Positions 23,657 to 34,949 of a stretch of DNA of 64,000 nucleotides are shown piece by piece. The first letter of the stretch is position 1. Every line of letters begins with the position of its first letter. The notes under the pieces are model-generated. The model saw nothing but the letters and a program-made list of their open reading frames with translations. It ran no database searches and was not told the origin of the DNA. The position numbers and the translations under genes are program-made. Origin of the DNA: Chlorokybus atmophyticus (lineage: Eukaryota > Plantae > Mesostigma and Chlorokybus algae); the NCBI GenBank assembly GCA_009103225.1, contig RHPI01002090.1, positions 578,221 through 642,220 of the forward strand, in the 5' to 3' direction.

Positions 23657-25105
23657 ATGTCTGACCAAGGAGGGGATGATGTGGAGAAGTCCACATCATA
23701 TGAGCCATCGAGTGAAGAGGAAGTGAACTACTCTGACACGAGTGAAAGCTACAAGTTTACTGACAGTAAGAAGGAAGGAGCTAAGCAAGACAGCGAAGCT
23801 TCTCCCAACCAGTCTGCTCAAAGTGGACCAGCTGCAGTGGACACACAGAGTGTCATTGGCGGGGCCATTGAGAAGTATGCCTCAAAGCGTAAAGCTCTAC
23901 TTGCTGCCCACCCTCAGCTTCGTCAAGAAACGTGGGATGCATGGGCGCAGACGGTTCGTGATGGCTATGAGACAGACTTTGCCACACTCCCTCGTGCAAG
24001 CAAGGAGATGGTAATCCGCATGCTCGAACATGAGCTGACGAACAACATCCCGCCTCTCGTGCGAGGTGATCCAAAGGTGGCAGCTATCATGGCCGTATAT
24101 GATAAGCCTCTCCCTTACCAAGGCAAGCAAATGGCGTTTGAGGTTTTGACCAACTTGGGAGTGGAAACCTCACAGCGTTGCAAAGATGTGTTGTGGTACT
24201 TGGGACCCAACTTTAAAGACAAGTTGACTGGCCGAGTGCAGTTGACGGCACGCCTCGATGCCATGCAGGCTGAGTTGGTGGCGCTGCGCCAACAGGTGGC
24301 AGGTGCTACTTCGGCAGCTGGGGCATCAGCAGGTCTGCCGGTGACGGCTCTGAACAAGCCTGAGAAGTTCAAGCCTAACGGCAGCGTCAGCATTCACAAC
24401 TGGGTGGTTACTGTCGAGCACTACTTGACGGCACTCAAGCGCCCGGTTAATGAGCACATTGCTGTTGCTGAGTTGCTCATGCCATCTGATGCTCTCGTCG
24501 AATGGGCGAGGCAGACAGAAAATGGTGCTGCCAAGACAGTGGAGGCACTTTTCCAGTTCCTGATGGAACGCTATGGTGGCATGGACCCGGCTACTCAGGC
24601 TCGCAACAAACTCAGCAAGTTGCGCCAGAATGGTCGGGCGGCCTCAACCTATCTGCAGGAGTTTCAAGCATTGGTGGGTCGTGCAAACAGCGGCCTCATG
24701 CCCATGGACAAGGCCGAGCAATTTGAGTTGTACAAGCGCGGCTTGGATGCGCATGTGCGTGATCAGCTGCAGTACAACACGGCAACAGGACTTCCTTGGG
24801 TTCCTGAGGACTTGGCAAAGCTGCAGAAGCTGAGCGTGTACCTTTACAATGATGACACGACGGTGCAGGACAAGTCACATGTGGCAGTTTCGGCCAAGCC
24901 GCCGGGGGTGGGAGGAAAGCGTTTCTCTCATCCGAGTGCACACCTGGCAAAGAAGGCGAAGACATTTGGTGCTCCCACCAGTGGCGCACCTGCTGGTGGT
25001 GCCATGCCAGCTGCGGCTCGCACCTGTTACGTCTGTCATCAGCCTGGCCACATCGCAAAGAACTGCCCAACCAAAGGGAATGGCAAGGCCAAGAAGGTTG
25101 AATAG
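23657..25105 (+). CDS. gag: Gag (retrotransposon gag-like region plus CCHC zinc knuckle)
   Basis: 482-codon ORF from ATG 23657, with KPEKF..W...VEHY, RQ..R.AS.YLQEF and the knuckle CYVCHQPGHIAKNC. Ends at TAG 25103-25105. Confidence 0.92.
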   Translation: MSDQGGDDVEKSTSYEPSSEEEVNYSDTSESYKFTDSKKEGAKQDSEASPNQSAQSGPAAVDTQSVIGGAIEKYASKRKALLAAHPQLRQETWDAWAQTVRDGYETDFATLPRASKEMVIRMLEHELTNNIPPLVRGDPKVAAIMAVYDKPLPYQGKQMAFEVLTNLGVETSQRCKDVLWYLGPNFKDKLTGRVQLTARLDAMQAELVALRQQVAGATSAAGASAGLPVTALNKPEKFKPNGSVSIHNWVVTVEHYLTALKRPVNEHIAVAELLMPSDALVEWARQTENGAAKTVEALFQFLMERYGGMDPATQARNKLSKLRQNGRAASTYLQEFQALVGRANSGLMPMDKAEQFELYKRGLDAHVRDQLQYNTATGLPWVPEDLAKLQKLSVYLYNDDTTVQDKSHVAVSAKPPGVGGKRFSHPSAHLAKKAKTFGAPTSGAPAGGAMPAAARTCYVCHQPGHIAKNCPTKGNGKAKKVE

Positions 25106-28100
25106 GATTATGCCGTGGCTGATGTAGAAGTGGTTGATAACCAGTTGCTTGTATTAGTAGCAAACTGGTTTGATGAGCTGTTCCAAGTGCATGTAATGAC
25201 ACATGCATGGCAAGCACATAACAGGTTGCCACCTTTTGATGCTGCAAACGTGGAAGAGAATGCTTGTGTGTTGGTACATGTGGAGTTTAGCATGCTTACC
25301 AATGTGTTGCACACTTTGACCGAGTTGCAAAGTAAGCACAGAACCCAAAGTGTGGTAGTGATGGTGCCTAAATATCATGGCCCATGGTTGAAACACACGC
25401 GAGGGGGAACTGTGTTGAAGCAATTTAGCAAGCGTGAAACAGGGATGGTGCGCTTGTCAGCAATTTTACTCAACCCTCGCATTAGTCACGGACTCTTGGC
25501 TACATTTCAAGGACGGGTACTACCTCTGTTGTGGACATTTAGTGGCACAATGCAAGGGGTAAACAGTTCGTTCTTGATTGACACTGGTGCAACACACAGT
25601 TTCGTTGAGGAACAATGGGTTGTGCGCAATTAGATAGCGTGTAAACCCTCTGCATTTTCAGCTGCCGGTGCGGGGGGTGCGTTGCCAGTGAAAGGGGTAA
25701 TAAATATGACAATAAAGATTGGCAATTATCATGCCACTCTTACTTTCATAGTGGTATCCATCGACATATCAGGTGTTGATGTGGTATTACGACAGGAATG
25801 GCAGGAGAATGTTAAAATGACATTGAATACTGGCGCATGCTTGTGCACAGTAAAAAAAGGTCGTAAGCGTGTAACATTGTTTGTGAAAGGGTTACATAGC
25901 TTGGACCACAAGCAGCCCGACCGAGCGCTACTCACTGCACTGCCAGTGAAACGTGCGTTGCGCAAAAACACACCGGCTTTTCTGGTACACTTGACGTCGT
26001 CGGATGATTTTGTGCCGGGAAATACAATGTCGCAGACATCATTGAGAAATATCAAGATGTGTTCTCAGATGAGTTGCCAGGCTTACCTCCTGATTGAGGT
26101 GTTGGACACAATACCACTCATTCCTGATTGCGAGCCTCCGTTTCGGCCTATATATACGCTGAGCCCCCGAGAGAGGGGAGAAATGGAAACTCAAATCACA
26201 GAGTTATTGGAGAAGGGATTGATTGAACCGAGTTCTTCACCCTTTGGCGCGCCCATCTTGTTTGTGATGAAACAGAATGGAAAGCTGCGCATGTGTGTGG
26301 ATTACCGTGCTTTGAACAAGATCACGGTAAAGAATCGATACCCGGTTCCCCAGATTGATGATGTGTTTAATAAACTGTCGGGAAATGCGTACTTTAATAC
26401 GTTGGACTTAACAAGTGGGTATCATCAAATCCGAATTCATCCTTTTGATGTTTACAAGACAGCATTTAGAACACCTTCGGGCCATTATCAATACAAAGTG
26501 TTACCTTTTGGATTGACTAATGCGCCCGCAGTGTTTCAGAAGGAAATGAATAAGATTTTTGGTGGCATACTTGGCAAGTATGTTATGGTTTACTTGGATG
26601 ACATCATTGTCTTTAGTAAAACCAAGGAAGAGCATAAGCAGCACTTAGAAGCGGTGTTCGCCTTGCTGCGTACACATCGCTTGTTTGCCAACTTGTCAAA
26701 GTGTGACTTTTGCAAGACAGAGTTGCCATTCTTAGGGCATATTGTGAGTGGTGCGGGTGTCAAACATGACCCTCGCAAAGTGCAAGTGGTAAAAGATTGG
26801 CCTCAACCTAAGAATACCCATCAATTGCGATCATTCTTGGGGTTGGCAAACTACTTTCGCAATTTTATGATGGGGTACTCCACAGTTGTGGTGCCTTTAA
26901 CAAAATTGTTGCGAAAGGATGCCCCATTCTCTTGGACAGCAGCACAAGAAGCTGCTATGCAACAAGTGAAGCTGGCTTTGACTTCGGCACCAGTATTGGC
27001 ATTGATAAATTGGGATAAACACTTCACTGTGATTAGCGATACCTCCACCCTTGGGTGTGGTGCAGTATTGCTACAGGATGGCCGACCATGTGCTTATGAG
27101 AGTAGGAAATACATCCCAGCAGAGGTGAACTACACTACCACTGAGCAGGAATTGCTTGGTATAGTGCATGCTCTTGAAACATGGCGATGTTACTTGGAGG
27201 GAGTTCAGTTCACAGTGGTGACTGATCACAACCCGTTGGTGTACTTCTCAACACAGCTAAACTTGTCGCATAGGCAAGCTCGCTGGAATGAGTTCCCGTC
27301 GCGATTTACCTTTGAATGGGTATACCGGCCGGGCAGGACCAACGTGGCAGATCCTCTGAGTCGCTGTCCGTCATTGTTGGCAGTTATGCATGCGCAGTTG
27401 CTTGCAACGCAGGGTACATTGCCTCCTGATGATGAGTTTGTGCAAGCTGTTATACAGGGGTATGCATTAGACCCATGGTTCTCTATACAACAGAATGTAC
27501 AACAGCTTGACAAAAGAGACAACTTGTATTATATGAGCGCCAGCTTGGTGATACCTGACCATGCTGGGTTGCGCATAAAATGCATAGCTGAAGTACACGA
27601 TTCACCGTATGCTGGGCACTATGGCGGTCACAAGACAACTAAGGCAGCGCAACAGTTGTACTGGTGGCCATCGTTGCCTGTTGACGTGAAGCATTATGTT
27701 GACACGTGTGACAAATGTCAGCGTGACAAGCCGTTACGTCAGAAACCCGCTGGGTTGCAGCGACCTTTGCCTGTTCCTGATGGCAAGTGGGAAAGTGTGA
27801 GTATGGACCTAATTACTAAGCTCCCGGAGACAGCATTAGGGCACACTGCGGTTGCAGTTTTTGTGGATCGTTTAACAAAAATGGTTCACATTGTCCCTTG
27901 CCGCACGAAAATAAGCTCCTCTGAATTAGCGATGGTTTTTGTCGCCTCTGTGTTTAAGTTACATGGCTTGCCTCGTAACTTCGTGTCTGATCGCGATCCG
28001 CGAGTTATAGCTCAGTTCTGGAAGTCGCTATGCAGCTTCTTACATATATTCAGCAGAACATGAGCACAGCTTACCACCCACAGACGGATGGTCAGACAGA

Positions 28101-28866
28101 GCGCGCCAATCAGGTGATTGAGAAAAGCATCCGGCATTATGTGAGTCCGAACCAATCTGATTGGGATGTTTATCTCCCAATGGCTGAGTTCGCGATTAAC
28201 AATGCATGGCAAGAGAGTGTGCAGGAAACTCCGTTTTTCTTAAATTATGGAGTGCATCCACTGAGTCCTGCAAACATCAAATTGCCCGCTACCGACATAA
28301 CTCGCGTACCTGCAGCGCGCGAGATGACTTCGGCCATGCAGGATAGGTTAGCGTTGGCAAAGGACTGTTTGCGCGCAGCGCAAGACAGACAAAAAGCCCA
28401 TGCTGATGCGCATCGTAGAGAGGCCAACTACGATGTGGGCTGTTCGTTTCTCAGCACCAAAAACATATCCATCAAGGGAGTGGGTACCCGCAAGTTTTTC
28501 CCTCGCTGGATAGGCCCGTTTAAACTGATTGATCGGGTCGGCACTCACGCGTATCGTTTGGACTTGCCGAAATCGATACGCATTCACAATGTGTTTCATG
28601 TGAGTGTACTGAAACCGTACCGTTCTGACGGTCGGGATCAACCTCCTCCACCCCCCGTTGCAGTGGATGGCGACGATACTTATGAGTATGAGGTGGAAGC
28701 AATCCCGAGTCATCGCAAGCCTCGACGCGGCCGCGCGCCGTCTTACTTGGTGCAATGGAAAGGGTATGGTGTTGAGCACAATACATGGGAGCCCGAAAGG
28801 AATCTTACCAACTGCCAGGAGATTCTTCGGGGTAACTGGAGTACTGTGTCCACACGCGGACGGTAA
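25106..28866 (+). pseudogene. pol: Pol: MTase-like domain, protease, RT, RNase H, integrase, GPY/F, chromodomain; disrupted
   Basis: FLIDTGATHSF (DTG 25580-25588), YLDD (26591-26602), RNase H SDTS...EQELLG...TDH, integrase HHCC and MDLI..VDR..SDRD...ER, WIGPF, chromodomain YEVEAI...YLVQWKGYGVEHNTWEPERNL. Lesions: TAG at 25631-25633 (AAG in the decayed copy), compensating frameshifts at ~26020-26105, and a frameshift at ~28045. Confidence 0.96.
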
Positions 28867-28988
28867 AAGGGTGCTGGCAGACATCTTTACCGCTTCGGCC
28901 CTGATTCTCATACTATTTTCGTTTCTTTACTCGTGGTGGGGCTTTGCTAACCCTTCAATGAGGACATTGCAACCTAAGTGGGGGAGAA

Positions 28989-29315
28989 TGTAACGGTGTG
29001 CTACCTTCATAGAGGTTCCCCGCCCTTATTTAAGATTAAATAAAGGTCCCAACGGGATTATACAGCCTATTAAGCCATATTAGGGCCGTTAACTTATGTT
29101 AAGGCCCTAATGTAGTGTTACTTATCTGTAACACTGATATCGACATGAGACATGATATCAGTGTTATGGCGGCGCTGCTAAACGCAGCGACCGCCATAGC
29201 CAGGGGATCATGTGCTTCGGCAGTTACCCCTGGCGGCGGCGGCGTGGGTGTCGTGGCTTGTGGTGGTGTTGGGGTAGGGGATTAAAGGGAGGAGGGAGCA
29301 CCCCCTCTCCTTACA
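28989..29315 (+). repeat. 3' LTR
   Basis: Matches 22443-22775; preceded by the PPT and followed by the TSD. Confidence 0.97.
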
Positions 29316-30298
29316 AGCACAGTAGCAACATGCATAGCAGAAAGTTTATAATTAAATATGCACCGAAGTTTACGGTCCGAATTAGTTGAAGTAAAAGTGC
29401 AATTCGCTTTCCTTTATCGCTGAGTACCCCAATTGTGTTGTACGAATGTGATCATCCTTTGCCGCGGTGTGGCATATACTTAATGTAGAAACGTGTGTCA
29501 TTCCCATATCTTGCTAAACATTGATACATGGGTGACAAATTGCAGAATATGCACAAACAGCAATGAGCATGAGCCAAGTGTGCCAATTCGCTTTAAATTG
29601 TTTCGTGTGTAGTAGTTGCATGCTGCGCTTGGTGCTCGTTTAACAGCACATATGAGTTCGTTAAAAAAGTGTTACTCAACCACTGCTTATGAGAGGCAGC
29701 ATTTGCACGAGTATAAAGCTTACAGCAAAATCGCATGATTTAATAACTTGATATTTTTTTATGATTATTGCGTGACCAACGTGACCCAAAAGTTCAGCTC
29801 AATATGAAACATAAGGCACGGAGGTTTGTGAAATCATCTTAAACCAAAATGTGCCAGTAAGTACACAGTGGAGCACAGTGGAGTTGAACAGTTTCTTGGT
29901 TTATATTGCTGCAGGTGAGAGCGGTGACACCGTGTCACTGATGTACATGTACACTTGGTACAGCTGCGTACCGATCCGGCGTCAGCGCGACACAGGCATC
30001 CTACAGGCGGACCTCCTGCTCCTCCGTGTCGCCGACGCCAGGCGGCACTGATTAGGGTACTTGCTTATTGCAAAGCCAAGCAAGGTACCAGTTTTGGCAG
30101 CTGAGCTCAGCCAAGAGTCTTGGCCCAAGACAAAGCTACACTTGTAGCTGGAAAAGGGCAGAGGTTACAGCAGGACAAAGCGCACAAGCTTGGACCTTGA
30201 AGTTACCGGCGGCGACGTCCTCCTCATTGTCATTAAGCTGCTAAGGGAGATAGGAGTGTTGCCGCTTCCCAGCAGAGCCGCCGCCGACGTCGTTGACT

Positions 30299-33080
30299 AT
30301 GTGGCCGGCGTTGTGGACAGATGCCAGCAGGGCCTCTGTCCCGTGGCTGCTGCTTGCGGTGGGAGCGGCGGTGGTGGGGGCCAGCTACTACGTCTATTGG
30401 TTTCTGATAGGCAGGGTTAGATGGTACTTCAACTACATGGAAAGACAGGTAATGCTGCGTTCTGTTTGAGTTTGCATGCAGAGCTTTTCAGATAGCCAAA
30501 CATGGCAGCTTTCTTGCACGTGAGCATGCAGACGTGGTATCTGTCGTGACATTGACTGGTAGCATGTGGCAGTTGCAAGCAACGGGGGTTTAAGCTTGCT
30601 TCTCATATTGTGGATTCAAGTACCGAGCAACATGCAGTCCCTTTCGGTGCTATTGAGAAGTTGTCGTAATGAACCAATTTATGTCAAGCTATATGACCAG
30701 CCGTTTGCATGGAGTATTCATATCGCATAAATAGTTGTGCATGCATATTTGAGCTCACTTTCAACTGCACACCACACCTTGCAAGCCGGAATAGGACGCT
30801 ACTCCTACTTGCTACTTAAACTAACTACAGTCTTGGGTGAAGCAGCAGTGTGCACCAGCTATGACTCAACTACATGCGTGCAGGGCGTCCCTGTGGCCAA
30901 TGATCGCCCCATAGTGGGCATCTTCCCGGAGCTGCGGGAGATACAGAAGAGTGGGGAGCCCTTCAAGCTGGCGCTCAACTTCCGTAAACAGTATGGGCGG
31001 GTGTATATGGTGGCACTGGGCCCCGTACCGCTACTCAACGTGCAGGACCCGGAGCTGCTGTGGCAGATGCTAGTCAAGAATGCCAATCACTACACCAAGG
31101 TGGTGACTTGTACTTTCTCACCAGAATGAATGTCATTGTCTGCATAGCATTGCATGCATGGGCCAGCAAGCGGGCAGTGTTGTTTGCTGCTGCTGAGCTT
31201 GTGGCCTTGTGTTGGCAGGCGGAGTTTGTTGCACAAGGCCTTCGGCCGCTGCTAGGCAATGGCCTTGTACTTGCTGAGCACGAAAACGTAAGTGTTGCAG
31301 TCGATGACGTAATCTTGAGAGTCAGGTTTGTAGCTACCACGCGTGCAGTCTGGTTTGTAGTCTCCCTGACCTTGTGTGGACCACAGTGGGCTCGCCAGCG
31401 CCGTCTCGTGAACCCTTCTTTCCATGCCGAGCGTGTGAAAGAAATGGTCCCAATCATGGTCGCCTGCACTGCGGAAGCTGTGGATAAATGGGCCAGAGAA
31501 GTGCGGGAAAAGGTGTGAACGCATTTGATGTAGCCCTTCAGTATGTCGTTGTAGTTGGCCAGAGCGTACAGAGTTTATTCTTCTTGGTGTTCTTATGGAT
31601 GTTGCAATGGGCTTTGCAAGCGTTACATCTGGTAGTCAGTCAGGAAGCGAGTCAGTGGCTGGTTCAGTCCTGCCAGTGCTACCCAGTGCTGCCTCCGTGG
31701 CTGCCCAGGACCACTGTTGTGTAATCATGAGCACAGCATGTGCAGTTGCAGAGGCAGCGTCTGCTGAGTCACGTTCGCTATGCAGGGGCTTGTGGAGGTG
31801 GACATGAGGCACGACATGTCTGCACTCACTTTGCATGTCATGGGTACGTGCACGATAGACACCTCGCAATGCCCGTGACATGGTTACCAACCTGCTGCTT
31901 TGGAACAGGCACCGCCTCTTTCAGCGCGGGTGAGGCCGCGAGCAAGAACAGTCAGTTTGTGTACGAGCGCCTGACGGCCTTGCAGGAGTTCACTGATGAC
32001 CTCGTTAACAAGGGTCTGATATTCATCCCTTTCCATCAGTGGCTTCCCCTGACGCGCCGCGCCATGTCCGCACGCGCGCATGTCCGCAGCTTTGTGCAGG
32101 AAATCATCACGGCCAAGCGCAAAGCTCTAGCTGCAGAGCATGACAGAAGCTCAAAAGGTTTGTGGAACTGCTGTATGTACGTCACTCTTCTGCAAGACAT
32201 GCGTTGTTAACGTGCTTAGCTCCAGCTGCTGCCTGTAGGAAGCAGTCCTGCTGCTGACACCCACCACCAAGACCTCCTTGGTTCATTACTCCTCGCCAAA
32301 GAAGAGAACAACAATGCCGGTGGTAACCTTCAGCTCACAGATGAGGAGCTGCTGGATCAGGTAAGCACCTTCCTGTTTGAGTCATAGTTAGGAGTTGGCA
32401 GTGAGTTACCAGCACTCAGCACCTTCTACTGTATTCAGTGGAGTGTGCCAAACTTAGTTATCATTGTTTATGCTGTGCAGGTGCAAACGTTCTTGTTTGC
32501 TGGACACGAGACGACAGCGCAGCTGATGTGTTTCACGCTGCGCCTGTTGTCTGACCACCCTGAGTGGTGCGAGAAGGCCCGCGAGGAGGTGCGTGAAGTG
32601 TGCGGTAGCGGTTTCCCGGAAGCTTCGCAGCTGGATAAACTTAAGGTCTGCACCATGATCTTCTACGAGACGCTGAGGCTGTACCCGCCGGTGCCGTTCA
32701 CGAGCCGCGTGTGCACGACGGAGCACCGACTAGGGGAATACAACATCCCAAAGGGGGTCGCGATCACCATCAACGTGTGCTCGGTTCATCGCGATGCGGA
32801 GCTGTGGCCCGAGCCGGACGAGTTTAAGCCAGAGAGGTTTGAGGGCGGGTTGGCCAAGGCCTGCAAGCACCCTTTCGCATTCCTCCCGTTCCTGGGCGGG
32901 CCGCGCGTGTGCATCGGGCAGAAGTTTGCGCTGTACGAGGCAAAGGTGATTTTGGCCATGCTGCTGCAGAGGTTCTCATTTCGTCAGTCGCCTGGGCAGG
33001 ACTTGGGAATGGACTCGCAAGTCACTCTGCGGCCGCGGTCCATGCTTCTGCAGCTCACAGAACTGAAGGCAGCTGCATGA
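30299..33080 (+). CDS. Cytochrome P450, CYP72-clan-like, ~8 exons
   Basis: N-terminal anchor MWPALW...LLLAVGAAVVGASYYVYWFL, then ERQ/GVP, WARQRRLVNPSFH, I-helix TFLFAGHETT, ETLR, PERF and heme motif FLPFLGGPRVCIG. Stop TGA at 33078-33080. Clan assignment is by motif style only. Confidence 0.95.
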
Positions 33081-34949
33081 GTGTACATGAGTGCAGTGGT
33101 ATACAGCAGCTCTCAATATGCACTCCACACGGAGGCTTTAGGCGCCTATCCTTCTTTCTGCCGTTTGGCTTTTGGACTCGCGCGATAAGCCTGAGCATGC
33201 GAGAGTGCTGCACTCCAGTGAGAATGCTAGCTGCGACAGCCGTGAACACATTGATGGAAGCCTGATGAGGTTTGGTGACCGTTGCAAGGACATCTTGTAC
33301 ATGTTGTAAATGGCATGAGTTTTTGTTTTGCAAGAAACACCCAACGGCGCTTGCTCTGCATGCCACACCATACTTGACTGCTGCTTGCGCAACAGTGTCA
33401 GGGCAATGCTAGAAGCCCGCATGGGCCAAGCTAGGCGATCGATGCTCAAAGTAGGGTAGTAGTAGTAGAGTGCGTGAGTAGTTGTGGTGGCGGCTGGCTG
33501 CCTGAGGTATGTAGTCTGATATGCACCGCAGATGCAAGACACATGCAGTGGACTGACTTGCAACCACACGGGCATGGGAAAATCCAGCGTCGCATTTCTT
33601 TGTGCACAAGCAAGCAAGCAAGCACAATGCAGACAAGGCCTTCCAATTACAAAAATCGGGGCATTTGCTAGCTAGCTACGTACGTGCAAGGTGGGGTGGG
33701 GCCAGCAGAGGCAGGGCAGTACAGGGCAAGGAAGTAAATAACAAGGGCAACCGACATGTAGCACATCATGTGTGTGCAGCAATTGTGCATGCATGCTTGT
33801 GCTGGACATGTTGAACGTATACGAAGCATCCATGGCATGTCTAGAATAGTTCTTTGGACTTTGTACGTATCGTGGCCAACTGTGCGCAACATGACAAGTC
33901 ACTCACAAACAGGTACAGTTGGGTTGATTGCTGAGTGGTAGCGGTACTTCATGGGATTGGACTATATCTTTTGGCAATGACTGTGGCGGTGTATACAGCA
34001 ATAGATGCATCAAGCAAACCAATGCACACGGCAATAGGACACAGAGCAATGTCAGCAAAATATGAAGATGAATGTGTACTCAGGTGAGTGCAGGTGTGGG
34101 ATAGTAGGTGGTTGAGGTTTGTTGAGTTCTGAGTGGCTTGGGGTTCGGGACCAGCCCGTCTGCTGTTGTTATTTGCATTGCTGCTGCTGCTGTTCACACT
34201 CCAATGTGTGCTACGAAATGCATATGTGATGGGTACTTTGGTGATGAGAGCGTGTGTGAATGTCAGCAGGAGCATGGTATGCATTGCACAAAACTTTACT
34301 TTATTGGCATATGAGGCTGGTATCTGTACTGATGATTTCAACATAGGGATTGTGCATACTCATGCAGCTACCTGCTAGCGTGCGCGCTACAGCGGGCGCA
34401 AGGTCTGGCGCTGCTGGAGCGTGGAGCCATGGCGGTGGCGGCGATGCCGGGTTAGGCACCGTTGCAGACGGTGCCGCCGACGGCGGAGGAGGACGCTGTG
34501 CTCGCAGGGATGTCCTGAGCGCTCGCATGTGATGTATGCGTGTGCGCGCACTAGCGCTATCGTAGGCAGTGCTGGTTGTATGGTTGTTAGGTACGAACAG
34601 ACCTCTGGACCCTTGCCTATGTTTTGCCCTAAATGTACTTGCATCTCTACCTGCACATGCCCATCAACCGCACTATGCCCTACGACACGTGCCCTTGACT
34701 TGACAGGCACTGCGCCATGCGCCACGAGGCACATGTCACAACCACATACCTATCAACTTCTGTTGAGTGGGTGGCACTGTCCATTTGCTTGTCCTACGCG
34801 TCAAGCATCCTGTCATTGAATGCACTGTCGGTGGCAAACTTCTCAACCAATACAGGTGCCTTATCCAGTCTCACCTTACCACACTCCCTCTTTGCAAGAA
34901 GCCTGTTGATGAGGAGGGTCCTTGCGCAGCGCGTTTCACTGTCGACAAC

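Larger units (their letters stand above)
22443..29315 (+). mobile_element. Full-length Ty3/Gypsy chromovirus LTR retrotransposon (mutated, probably inactive copy)
   Basis: 5' LTR 22443-22775 and 3' LTR 28989-29315 (TG..CA, roughly 5% divergent by eye plus indels). TSD AGCAC at 22438-22442 and 29316-29320. PBS TTGGTATCGGAGC (tRNA-iMet type) at 22776-22788. PPT AAGTGGGGGAGAA just before 28989. Domain order gag-PR-RT-RH-INT-chromodomain. Confidence 0.98.

Noticed and set aside
23742-28993. Numerous antisense and alternative-frame ORFs overlapping gag-pol, and similar ones over the GC-rich host genes
   Set aside because: Shadow ORFs of coding sequence with no independent motifs.
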